A stretch of DNA of 64,000 bases, from positions 62,001-126,000 of the forward strand of contig CDROCS010003797.1 in NCBI GenBank assembly GCA_977020255.1, in the 5' to 3' direction. The position numbers and the translations under genes are program-made. Origin of the DNA: Obrimoposthia wandeli (Eukaryota). Below the pieces are notes generated by a model that did no database searches, was not told the origin of the DNA, and saw only the letters and a list, made by a program, of their open reading frames with translations. Numbering within the stretch: the stretch's first letter is position 1; every line of letters starts with the position of its first letter. Below, in pieces: positions 1 to 9,287 of the stretch.

Positions 1-1566
1 TTCTTTAAAACGCATTTGAAAACGTTCAAGAAAGTTAGCGTTTTCAGCGGTTAATGGTACATATTTCATGTGCGCTAAATGCGCCGGTAAAATCCACTTT
101 GACTCAATCAACGAAAAGACTAAACAAAAGCTCACCACGATTGAAATTGAGCGGAAGAAAGCGGCAAAGGTAGCATCTATAAACAATAACGGAGTAAAGG
201 CTGCGATGGTGGTTAGAACACCAAAAGTAGCGGGCATAGCAACGCGCATGGTGCCACTAATAATGTTATCGCGAGAATGACCATACTTTTCAATTTCAGC
301 ATAAGCACTTTCACCAATGACAATGGCGTCATCAACCACAATACCGAGCACCATGATAAACGCGAACAAACTTAACATGTTGATTGAGACTGACCATTCG
401 CCTAATAGTGGCATCATGAGCAAAGCACCAAAAAAACTGATTGGAATACCTAGCATCACCCAAAAAGCGATTTTTATTCTCAAAAATAAGGCTAACACGA
501 TAAAAACTAAGAACGCGCCCATCAGCATGTTATCAATCATCATATCTAAGCGTTCAGAAAGGTAATAAGAGCTATCGCCCCAAACCGTTAATTTGGCGCC
601 TTGAGGCAACTGATGATTTTTTTCATCAACATAATCTCTAACTTGTGCTGCAATTTCTAAATCGTTTTGATCACCCGTTGATTGCACCATAATACTGGAG
701 GTATTTTCATCATCGAAGGTGGCAAAATCGTCCTGCTCAACAAAACCATCGTTAATATTAGCGATGTCTGACAGTATTAAACGTGTACCATCAACATTAG
801 TACGCAACACTAAATCACCATAATCATGGCCTGTGTACGCTTGGCCTTCGGCGCGCAGTAAAATGTCACCACCACGAGTTTTTATCGTGCCGCCTGGCAT
901 GTCGACCGATGAACTTCTCACTGCTTGAGTAATTTCATCAAAGGTCAGTTGATACTGTTGTAGTTTTTCTTCTGATACTTCGATACTGATTTCATAATCA
1001 CGGCTACCGACTATTTCAGCACTGTTAACACTGGGCAACGCCATGATTTCATCACGGATATTTTGCGCCATCACCTGTCTAGCACGCCGCTCCATTGAGC
1101 CACTCACCGACAGCCACATCACCTGACCTTTAAATTCTTGTTTCGTGACGATAGGTTTTTCGGCTTGTTCAGGAAAGGTTGTGATCGCGTCAACTTGCAT
1201 TTGCACTTCATCAAGTTTTTCAGACATTGAATAGCCTGACTGTAACTCGATAGTGATAACACCAACACCTTCGCTAGCGGTTGCTGTAATGCGTTTGATA
1301 CCTTCAATATCTTCCAGTGACTCTTCAACTTTAAGAATAACTGATTGTTCGACTTCTTCTGGTGCCGCGCCCAAATGAGGCACCACAACCTGAATACTGT
1401 TGGCATTAAATTCAGGAAACATCTTTTTATTAATGCCCTGATAGGAGAAGTATCCTGACACTAAAATAAACACCATCAGCAAGTTTGCTGCGACACTATT
1501 GTGAGTAAACCAGGCAATAATGCCGGTGTGTTTTTTTTCTGGCTCAGTTTGAGAGAACTCGCTCAT
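1..1566 (-). CDS. RND efflux transporter permease subunit (AcrB/AcrD/AcrF family), 3' part outside window
   Basis: Manual translation from ATG at 1566 (overlapping the upstream stop, TAATG) is open to position 1: MSEFSQTEPEKKHTGIIAWFTHNSVAANLLMVFILVSG...VLGIVVDDAIVIGES. This includes the RND TM4 proton-relay DD motif. It is missing from the ORF track because no stop lies in the window. Confidence 0.9.
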   Translation of the reverse strand, partial: MSEFSQTEPEKKHTGIIAWFTHNSVAANLLMVFILVSGYFSYQGINKKMFPEFNANSIQVVVPHLGAAPEEVEQSVILKVEESLEDIEGIKRITATASEGVGVITIELQSGYSMSEKLDEVQMQVDAITTFPEQAEKPIVTKQEFKGQVMWLSVSGSMERRARQVMAQNIRDEIMALPSVNSAEIVGSRDYEISIEVSEEKLQQYQLTFDEITQAVRSSSVDMPGGTIKTRGGDILLRAEGQAYTGHDYGDLVLRTNVDGTRLILSDIANINDGFVEQDDFATFDDENTSSIMVQSTGDQNDLEIAAQVRDYVDEKNHQLPQGAKLTVWGDSSYYLSERLDMMIDNMLMGAFLVFIVLALFLRIKIAFWVMLGIPISFFGALLMMPLLGEWSVSINMLSLFAFIMVLGIVVDDAIVIGESAYAEIEKYGHSRDNIISGTMRVAMPATFGVLTTIAAFTPLLFIDATFAAFFRSISIVVSFCLVFSLIESKWILPAHLAHMKYVPLTAENANFLERFQMRFKE

Positions 1567-2828
1567 TATTCTTCACCTTGAGCATTAGCGCTATCATCTA
1601 GCGCTTGCGTTACGGGTGTTTCTTCTTGCTCACCGACAATACGTAAAGCCATACCTTCAACCGGTGCTTCCATTTGTGTCATAACTAAACGAAAGCCTGC
1701 GCTGAATTGGTCATGGCTATAAACATAGTCAGCGTCGTTACGCAGTACATTAATTTCTTGAATATGAAGTTTGTTATCGCTATCAACAAGATAAAGCTTA
1801 TTGGCGCCATGTAATGCATCACGCGGAATAGTGACAATATCATTCACTGTTTTGCCTGAAATATTGGCATTAACAAAAGTGCCCATACGTAGCTCTTGGT
1901 GCTCGCTAGATGATAAAACACTATAAGGGTCATCCACTTGCGCAATCACATAATGTACTCGGCTTCGGCTATCAACTTCACCTTCATAACGCGTTAAGTT
2001 TGCTGCCCAAGAGTGTTCGACACCCGACAGTTGATAATGAATATCGACTTTTGAAAGCTTATTTTGCTGTTGATTTATTTTAGGTAGGTTTAAAAACGCA
2101 ACATCACGCTGTTTGATAGGTAGCCTGACTTCGGCATAATCTACGGCAAAAGTTTTCGCTAATACCGCCCCTGTCGTGACATATTGGCCAATATCGACTT
2201 GCTTTTCTTTCACTATAGCGTCGTAAGGGGCAATAATTTTAGTGCGAGTAAGTTTAACCTCTGCGTCAGTAACATCAGCTTTTGCTGCTTTGATATCAGC
2301 CTGTGCTTTTTGTAATTGTGGTAAACGTAAAGCCAAGATTGGCGCTTCAGATAAGGTTTTTCCTGATAACATCCATTCGTCTTCTGCTTGATCTTTTCTT
2401 GCCTGCTCTTCAATTAATACCGATTTAGCGGCGTCTAAACGAGATTGCGCTTGCAATAGCGCCACCTGATAACTGATGTCATCAATAGTTAACAGCTCTT
2501 CACCTTTTTTGAAATAACCACCGACATTGAACTTTTCGTTTACTGAAGTAATTTGCCCAGAAACTTCTGATACTAAATTGGTTTGTGTACGAGGTAAAAC
2601 ACTACCTTGGCTAGCAATAATAAAATCGACATCTTGTCGCTCAATCGCTTGGACTTCAACCAATGGCGCTTTAATTATGGCTGGCTTCTTTGCAGGTTTA
2701 GGTGCTAATGCCGCAAATATAATCAAGCCTACAATAGCGAATAAGATAATGGCGATAGGCGTTAATACATAACGTAACGGGATCATGCGTCTGTTTTTTT
2801 TGTTGTTATTTTCGGCAGTTGAACTCAT
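1566..2828 (-). CDS. RND efflux periplasmic adaptor (membrane fusion protein)
   Basis: N-terminal TM segment; motifs LVSEVSGQI and IIAPYDAIV...GQYV typical of MFP barrel/lipoyl-like domains; translationally coupled to the RND permease. Confidence 0.9.
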   Translation of the reverse strand: MSSTAENNNKKNRRMIPLRYVLTPIAIILFAIVGLIIFAALAPKPAKKPAIIKAPLVEVQAIERQDVDFIIASQGSVLPRTQTNLVSEVSGQITSVNEKFNVGGYFKKGEELLTIDDISYQVALLQAQSRLDAAKSVLIEEQARKDQAEDEWMLSGKTLSEAPILALRLPQLQKAQADIKAAKADVTDAEVKLTRTKIIAPYDAIVKEKQVDIGQYVTTGAVLAKTFAVDYAEVRLPIKQRDVAFLNLPKINQQQNKLSKVDIHYQLSGVEHSWAANLTRYEGEVDSRSRVHYVIAQVDDPYSVLSSSEHQELRMGTFVNANISGKTVNDIVTIPRDALHGANKLYLVDSDNKLHIQEINVLRNDADYVYSHDQFSAGFRLVMTQMEAPVEGMALRIVGEQEETPVTQALDDSANAQGEE

Positions 2829-2952
2829 AACTTATTCTCAATTTAAATATAGTAAAATGTATAGGGCAATAATAAAGAGCTTAATAATATAGCAATAATA
2901 ATAATAACTTAGCGTGATGAATTAACAAGTTTTCAACATAAATTCATCAAGC

Positions 2953-3333
2953 TTAATATTTACGAATAAACGTTGCCCAAGACAGTAATATTTCTCTAAG
3001 ATCTTCACTGCCACAAGCAGCTGAGTCTTGTTGATCAAAATCGATATTCTCTTCAACAAGCCCGTCAGGTAAAACCTCTAATCCGTCCATGCTGGCATTG
3101 GTTTGTATCGTGACATCACCGCGATTAAACACTGCACTGTATTCGTTACCTGTAATGGTAATTTCTGTTTGCTTTTCTTGCTCTATATCTGAAATAGCTG
3201 ACAATAATTGCTCTAGCTTTTCCACACTTGTGCCTACTTCCACTTCTAACCACGGCCCGATAACTTCATGCTCAAGTGAAAACTTTGCGATTGCCGCCCC
3301 TGTAATTGGATCATCTATAAATTGATATTCCAT
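2953..3333 (-). CDS. yacL: UPF0231 family protein YacL
   Basis: MEYQFIDD...AKFSLEHEVIGPWLEVEVG resembles YacL; lies downstream of and co-oriented with acnB as in E. coli. Confidence 0.7.
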   Translation of the reverse strand: MEYQFIDDPITGAAIAKFSLEHEVIGPWLEVEVGTSVEKLEQLLSAISDIEQEKQTEITITGNEYSAVFNRGDVTIQTNASMDGLEVLPDGLVEENIDFDQQDSAACGSEDLREILLSWATFIRKY

Positions 3334-3800
3334 ATATACCTCATAAATTTTTTGGAAAGCCCATTTAGGGCTCGTCTTATACTAGTCAGGATTATAAGCT
3401 AATTCTCTCGATAAAAATCACAAAAAAATAACTCGTTACATATTGTGTTACCCATTAGCGCGCTGCATCAACGCCCTACAATTATTGTCGCGAGCTAAAA
3501 GCTGCCCATCCGATAACCCTGAACAAAATTAATACCATTGATTAAGATTTTGCGTCATCAATTAGACTGTCGCTAGCTAGCAATAGTGCGATCACGCCTA
3601 AACATGAATTTGACGTTATCTTATCGCTTCAAACTAAGCGATAACCACAAAAATAGGCTATATTAATGGCTGTTATTTAAATTAATGACCGCAAACATTA
3701 CCTTCAAACAGAGACCACGTTTAAGTTCAGTTCAGTTCAGCAAAACTTAGCCACGAGAAAAGAATAAAAGTTAGGATGATGAGTTGAGTGAAAATGTAAA

Positions 3801-4658
3801 ATGAACGAAAATACCGATCTAATCGTTGTGCTCAGGGAATTTACTATTAACTATAAAACTTATAATTTTTCAGACCAAGTAATACCGTCGCGGACAACAG
3901 CTTCACGTGCATTTAGTTTGATGGCTGCCTGCTTTATTAGCTTATTCTTTATCGCTTCGAAAGCTCACGCAACACCGACAAAAACGATCATTGTTGCTAT
4001 GTATATTGAACCCCCATTTTCTGAAATTGTTGATGGTGAATTTGTTGGTGAAAACATCGATATTACTAATGCACTAGCAGCCAAGCTAGGTTATAAGGCT
4101 AAGTTTGTTTACTGCCCTGTCGCACGCTGCTTTTCACTTATAGAAAGTGGCCAAGCAGACATGATCATAGCGGTGAGAAAAACCGCCATAAGAGAACAAT
4201 TTTTACATTTTATTGAGCCACCGATCAAAATACAAAAATCACCTCTGATGTTCTATACACTTGCCGACAAAAAAATCGCTTTAAACCATTATAATGATTT
4301 GCTGCCCTTAAAAGTTGGTGTAATAAGAGGTGCTTCATATTTTGATCCGTTTGACCACGACACTAAAATAACTAAAGTCCCGCTAAGTAGTCATCAGCAG
4401 CTTATTGATATGTTATTAAAGGGCAGGATTGATACTTTTTTAGAACGCGAAGAGTCAATTGTACCGTTAGTAGATCAGAGCATTTATTCAACTGACATTA
4501 ACTTAGCAAAATTCTCTTACGATAAAGGTGTTGGCTCTTATGTTGCCGTTGCTAAAAAATCATCTTTAATAAATGAAATCGTCGATTTATCAAAAGCATT
4601 ACAACGCTTGTCTAACAGTGGTGAGCTAGCATTATTATTACATAGAACCGAAAAGTAA
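3801..4658 (+). CDS. Periplasmic substrate-binding protein (family 3-like), standalone
   Basis: Signal-peptide-like segment ending KAHA; motifs EPPFS, G..DI..A.A..LG, P.ARC...IESGQADM, GVIRG.SY, GRID.F. True start probably downstream of 3801. Confidence 0.75.
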   Translation: MNENTDLIVVLREFTINYKTYNFSDQVIPSRTTASRAFSLMAACFISLFFIASKAHATPTKTIIVAMYIEPPFSEIVDGEFVGENIDITNALAAKLGYKAKFVYCPVARCFSLIESGQADMIIAVRKTAIREQFLHFIEPPIKIQKSPLMFYTLADKKIALNHYNDLLPLKVGVIRGASYFDPFDHDTKITKVPLSSHQQLIDMLLKGRIDTFLEREESIVPLVDQSIYSTDINLAKFSYDKGVGSYVAVAKKSSLINEIVDLSKALQRLSNSGELALLLHRTEK

Positions 4659-4735
4659 CTCGAATTCGTATTGAACTAACCAACGCTGATTACGTCTATT
4701 CATTACCTATTCGCTTACCGTGTATTGATGTTATT

Positions 4736-5536
4736 GTGCTAAAAGGAAATTACACTACGGTTATCTATTCCCTGCTTGTTCATGGCTTGTTATTTTTTAT
4801 CATATTTATCGCTCAGCCGAAAAAACAACTTTTAGTCAAGCCCGTAGCTAAAGTAGTTCCAATAAAAAGCTTTATCTATTATGCCCCAAAATTAACGGAG
4901 CCAGCAGCAACGGTTACTGATGAACTACAAGTAAAAGCCACTCCCCTTGCAAGCGCTGAAACAGAAAAGACTTTTGAGAAAAAACAGCAAGAGCAGCAAA
5001 AAAAACCTGACAATGATGCTAGAGAAGTTGTAAAACTGCCTGAATTATCAGCTGATAACAATAAATTAGATCATTCATCTAAAACAGTCATCAGCACTGT
5101 ACCAGCAGAAAAAAAATCGGTATTTTCACCACAACCACCTCCCCGACCAAAACCGATAAAAAGAAAACTGGATAGCTTGACACAGCTACAAAACCTACGC
5201 AGTAAGCTTAACCAAAGCGCAAGCAATAATGCTGATAATCCTTATCAACGGTATCAAGAACCCTCTGTTTTTAATGCTAATGTCAAATCAGTGCCTCACT
5301 CTACGCCATTGCGCGATGAAGAAAACGAACGAGAAAAGCGCACTAAAAACATGGGCGCAGGCATAGCAATCACTAAAGGTGAAGATGGCGGCTGTGAGAT
5401 CAAGCAAGATTTGAGTGTCTACGGGCTTAGCGAAGGCTCCTCTATTCAGAAATTTCGCTGTGGCGAGTCAAAGTTCGATAAAAGCTTTCGCGAGCATATG
5501 AAAAAAGTAAAGGTAAAGCTTGGGACAGCAAAGTAA
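4736..5536 (+). CDS. Hypothetical membrane-anchored protein with Pro/Lys/Glu-rich linker
   Basis: 266-aa ORF; N-terminal hydrophobic stretch (YSLLVHGLLFFIIFIA); low-complexity middle; C-terminal domain with two Cys. Confidence 0.6.
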   Translation: MLKGNYTTVIYSLLVHGLLFFIIFIAQPKKQLLVKPVAKVVPIKSFIYYAPKLTEPAATVTDELQVKATPLASAETEKTFEKKQQEQQKKPDNDAREVVKLPELSADNNKLDHSSKTVISTVPAEKKSVFSPQPPPRPKPIKRKLDSLTQLQNLRSKLNQSASNNADNPYQRYQEPSVFNANVKSVPHSTPLRDEENEREKRTKNMGAGIAITKGEDGGCEIKQDLSVYGLSEGSSIQKFRCGESKFDKSFREHMKKVKVKLGTAK

Positions 5537-5730
5537 GGCTATACCCCTTAGCTTTAAACTCACCGTTATCAGCTCCCATTTTTATTTCATGATTCATATG
5601 ACACCAACGAACGACCTATCAACGGTGCTTTGCACCAACCACAGGTTTACTCAGAACATTTCGATAGGCTTAAAGGCGACACTGGGTTTATTGCTGACAT
5701 AGCAAAGAGCGCGCACGGCCCTTATAAATA

Positions 5731-6142
5731 TATACCCAAGCCACTTGAAGATGCAGGATTGTGCAAGTCGAGAAAGGGTTAGCACCAAGGCATTGATTGA
5801 AGAAAATGGTTGTTCCATTGTCGAAATCAATAACGCCACAGATGACCCTTTATCGCCTTGCCCGAAGGGAGCTAAGCTAGAAAACCATCTCCGCGTTGCA
5901 TACACGGATGTATGTACTTAGCTTTTGTCTGGAGCAAAAAAGCTGTGCATACACGGATGTATGTACTTAGCTTTTGCCTGGAGCAAAAAAGCTGTGCAGC
6001 ACTTGATAAGGTTCCTACATGGATGTAGGACATTAGGGTAATGCAGGAGCAATTACCGAGAATAACCATTGTCTTCGTGCTGCGCCTTGACCTGATTTCC
6101 TAGCTTAGCGCTGAAACTGCATATTCAAGTGGTTTGGGTATA
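5731..6142. mobile_element. ERIC/MITE-like non-autonomous element, 412 bp
   Basis: 26-bp terminal inverted repeats: TATACCCAAGCCACTTGAAGATGCAG and CTGCATATTCAAGTGGTTTGGGTATA (2 mismatches). TATACCC...GGGTATA ends as in enterobacterial ERIC; extensive internal inverted repeats; no transposase; sits between convergent genes. Confidence 0.75.
5897..5998 (+). repeat. 49-bp tandem duplication (2 copies plus 4 nt) inside the MITE-like element
   Basis: TGCATACACGGATGTATGTACTTAGCTTTTG(T/C)CTGGAGCAAAAAAGCTG at 5897 and 5946, one mismatch (5928 T / 5977 C). Confidence 0.95.
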
Positions 6143-6195
6143 AGTGCGTACGCGTGATACCACTAACTGCTAGTAAACAACGTGTTAACTGCAAA

Positions 6196-8787
6196 TTAGG
6201 CTTCTACTTGTAGAATAACTTTATCCGCTTTACTGGTATAGCTGTCCATTTTATGAAAATTCAAATAACGGTAAGTATCAGCTGCAGTCGCATTAATTTG
6301 CGATGCATATTGCATGTACTCAGCAACTGAGGGTAATTTACCTAAAATAGCACCAACACCCGCTAACTCTGCTGACGTTAAGTAAACATTGGCACCATTG
6401 CCTAAACGGTTAGGGAAGTTACGTGTTGAAGTTGAAAGTACCGTAGATTTTTCAGCAACACGTGCTTGGTTGCCCATGCACAATGAACAACCCGGAGTTT
6501 CCATACGCGCACCGGCTTTGCCGTAAATGCTGTAATAGCCTTCAGCGGTTAATTGGTCTCGGTCCATTTTCGTTGGTGGCGCAACCCATAAACGGGTTGG
6601 TAAGGTTTTTCCGAAACTCTCAATCAATTTACCTGCCGCGCGAAAATGACCAATATTGGTCATACATGAGCCAATAAAGACTTCATCGATATCAACACCG
6701 GCAACTTCTGATAATAGTTTTGCGTCATCAGGATCGTTTGGGCAACAAACAATGGGCTCTTTAATATCAGCTAAATCAATGTCAATAATATAGGCGTATT
6801 CTGCATCTTCGTCGGCTGACATTAGAGATGGATTATCTAACCATGCTTGCATCCCTTTAATGCGACGGGTAATGGTGCGAACATCGCCATAACCTTCACT
6901 GATCATCCACTTCAACATGACAATATTAGAATTTAAGTATTCGGCAACAGCATCTTCTTCAAGTTTGATTGAACACCCCCCCGCAGAACGTTCAGCGGAA
7001 GCATCTGATAATTCAAAGGCTTGCTCAACGGTCAGACCTTTCAGGCCTTCAATTTCTAAAACTCGACCAGAAAACTCGTTGATTTTCCCTGCTTTTTCAA
7101 CCGTGAGTAAACCATTTTTAATACCGTAGTAAGGAATAGCATGTACCAAGTCACGCAAGGTGATACCCGGTTGCATCTCTCCTTTAAAGCGCACTAAAAC
7201 TGATTCAGGCATATCGAGTGGCATTACCCCTGTAGCTGCGGCAAAGGCAACTAAACCAGAGCCAGCAGGGAATGAAATACCTAAAGGGAAACGGGTATGT
7301 GAATCACCACCTGTGCCCACGGTATCAGGTAGTAACATGCGATTGAGCCACGAGTGAATAACTCCATCACCAGGGCGCAGTGAAACGCCGCCACGATTCA
7401 TCATAAAATCAGGCAAGGTGTGATGTGTTACAACATCAACAGGCTTAGGGTAAGCAGAAGTATGACAAAACGACTGCATGGTTAAATCAGCTGAAAAGCC
7501 TAAACAGGCTAAATCTTTCAATTCATCACGTGTCATCGGGCCGGTGGTATCTTGCGAGCCTACGGTGGTCATTTTAGGTTCACAGTATTGGCCAGGGCGA
7601 ATACCTGCAACGCCACATGCCTTACCCACCATTTTCTGCGCTAAAGTAAAACCTTTCGTTGAAGATGTGACTGCCGCTTGCTGTGCAAAAATACCCGGCA
7701 TAGGCATATCTAACGCTTCACAAGCTCGAGCTGTTAAGCCTCGGCCAATAATTAACGGAATACGACCGCCGGCACGCACTTCATCTAATAAGACAGCACT
7801 AAGCTTAAATTCAGCAATAACTTCTCCGGCTGAGTTTTTAACGACACCTTCATAGGGGTAGATATCAATAACATCACCCATATTCATTTTTTGTACGTCT
7901 AATTCAATCGGTAATGCACCAGAATCTTCCATGGTATTATAAAAAATAGGGGCAATTTTACCGCCTAAACATACACCGCCAGCACGTTTATTTGGGATAC
8001 AAGGAATATCATCACCCATAAACCATAACACAGAGTTAGTGGCTGATTTACGTGACGAGCCAGTGCCAACGACATCACCAACATAAGCTAATGGAATGCC
8101 ATCTTTCTGCATCTCGGCAAGCTGAGCAATCGGGCCAGTCACACCATCTTCATCAGGTGTGATACCTTCGCGCTCAATTTTAAGCATAGCTTTGGCGTGC
8201 AATGGAATATCTGGGCGAGACCAAGCATCAGGTGCAGGTGAGAGATCATCGGTGTTAGTTTCACCGGTAACTTTAAACACTTTTACGGTAATTTTTTCCG
8301 CTACTTTTTCTTTTGAGGTAAACCATTCGGCATCAGCCCAAGACTGCAATACTTGCTTCGCCGCCGCATTACCAGCTTGTGCTTTTTCTTGCACGTCATG
8401 GAAAGCATCAAACATTAATAAGGTATGCGATAAAGCTTTAGCGGCAGCAGCAGATAGCGCGTCGTTATCTAAAAGTTCGATCATAGGTTGAATGTTGTAA
8501 CCACCTAACATAGTACCCAGTAACTTCGTTGCTTGCTCTGGTGATAAAATGGGTGAAGTCGCTTCACCTTTAGTGACCGCGGCTAAAAACCCAGCTTTTA
8601 CATAAGCGGCGTCATCAACGCCAGCAGGTACACGATTAGTCAGTAAATCAATCAGGAATTCTTCTTCTCCTGCTGGAGGTGCTTTAATTAATTCTACCAA
8701 AGCCGCGGTTTGTTCTGAATCTAATGGCTTTGGTACAATACCTTCTGCGGCACGTTCGTCTACATGTTTACGATAATTTTGAAGCAT
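6196..8787 (-). CDS. acnB: Aconitate hydratase B / 2-methylisocitrate dehydratase, E. coli-type (~863 aa)
   Basis: [22 protein letters not shown] start, preceded by AGAGG SD; motifs [29 protein letters not shown]; Fe-S Cys in FIGSCMTN and PGCSLCMG. Confidence 0.97.
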   Translation of the reverse strand: MLQNYRKHVDERAAEGIVPKPLDSEQTAALVELIKAPPAGEEEFLIDLLTNRVPAGVDDAAYVKAGFLAAVTKGEATSPILSPEQATKLLGTMLGGYNIQPMIELLDNDALSAAAAKALSHTLLMFDAFHDVQEKAQAGNAAAKQVLQSWADAEWFTSKEKVAEKITVKVFKVTGETNTDDLSPAPDAWSRPDIPLHAKAMLKIEREGITPDEDGVTGPIAQLAEMQKDGIPLAYVGDVVGTGSSRKSATNSVLWFMGDDIPCIPNKRAGGVCLGGKIAPIFYNTMEDSGALPIELDVQKMNMGDVIDIYPYEGVVKNSAGEVIAEFKLSAVLLDEVRAGGRIPLIIGRGLTARACEALDMPMPGIFAQQAAVTSSTKGFTLAQKMVGKACGVAGIRPGQYCEPKMTTVGSQDTTGPMTRDELKDLACLGFSADLTMQSFCHTSAYPKPVDVVTHHTLPDFMMNRGGVSLRPGDGVIHSWLNRMLLPDTVGTGGDSHTRFPLGISFPAGSGLVAFAAATGVMPLDMPESVLVRFKGEMQPGITLRDLVHAIPYYGIKNGLLTVEKAGKINEFSGRVLEIEGLKGLTVEQAFELSDASAERSAGGCSIKLEEDAVAEYLNSNIVMLKWMISEGYGDVRTITRRIKGMQAWLDNPSLMSADEDAEYAYIIDIDLADIKEPIVCCPNDPDDAKLLSEVAGVDIDEVFIGSCMTNIGHFRAAGKLIESFGKTLPTRLWVAPPTKMDRDQLTAEGYYSIYGKAGARMETPGCSLCMGNQARVAEKSTVLSTSTRNFPNRLGNGANVYLTSAELAGVGAILGKLPSVAEYMQYASQINATAADTYRYLNFHKMDSYTSKADKVILQVEA

Positions 8788-9287
8788 AGTGTTCACCTCT
8801 AAGATAAGAGATAGTTAACCTTAATTTTTTATCTAGCTCCCTTTACTAAACGGGCGCTAATTAAGCTTGTTAAGTATCCGAGATTAAAAAAATTCACTAA
8901 GATTATACGACAACAAGTATATTAATTGCACTACAGCAACAATCATCAGTGTGTATTACTACTATGAATATATTTTATAGTTCTTTTAAATCAAAACATT
9001 ACATTTGTAGTAACTATTGACTCTACGACTAAATGATTAGAGCGAATCAGCAAGTTTATGTTTAAGATATTTCTTTGTCACAAACAACATAAGCATATAA
9101 TCGACTATTGTTAAGTCATGGCATATAACCAACATAACTATAGCTTCTGTTGGCTATATCCACCGTGAATAGTGTTTATTTTATCAAATGATTCATAGTC
9201 ACTAAAAAATCAGGTAAAATAGCACCAAAATATGTCCCAGCTAATGATCATGTTATTAGCAACTTATAGCTAGAGAGAGAATATCAA

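Noticed and set aside
68-1406. Short ORFs at the left edge suggesting a fragmented or pseudogenised RND gene
   Set aside because: Manual translation shows one continuous minus-strand frame from 1566 to 1; the listed ORFs are antisense or off-frame shadows.
3724-3740. (AGTTC)3 microsatellite upstream of the binding-protein gene as a phase-variation switch
   Set aside because: Only three units; too short to support slippage-based switching.
5540-5546. TATACCC as the terminus of a third ERIC-like copy
   Set aside because: Only 7 bp match, no partner GGGTATA end, and the heptamer also occurs by chance in coding DNA (e.g. within ftsZ).
5897-5998. Direct repeats as a CRISPR array
   Set aside because: The copies are directly adjacent with no unique spacers, there are only two, and no cas genes are present.
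5520-6069. Small ORFs 5520-5702, 5651-5905 and 5872-6069
   Set aside because: They overlap the repeat element, lack recognisable motifs or RBS, and are best explained as chance frames in palindromic DNA; none resembles a transposase.
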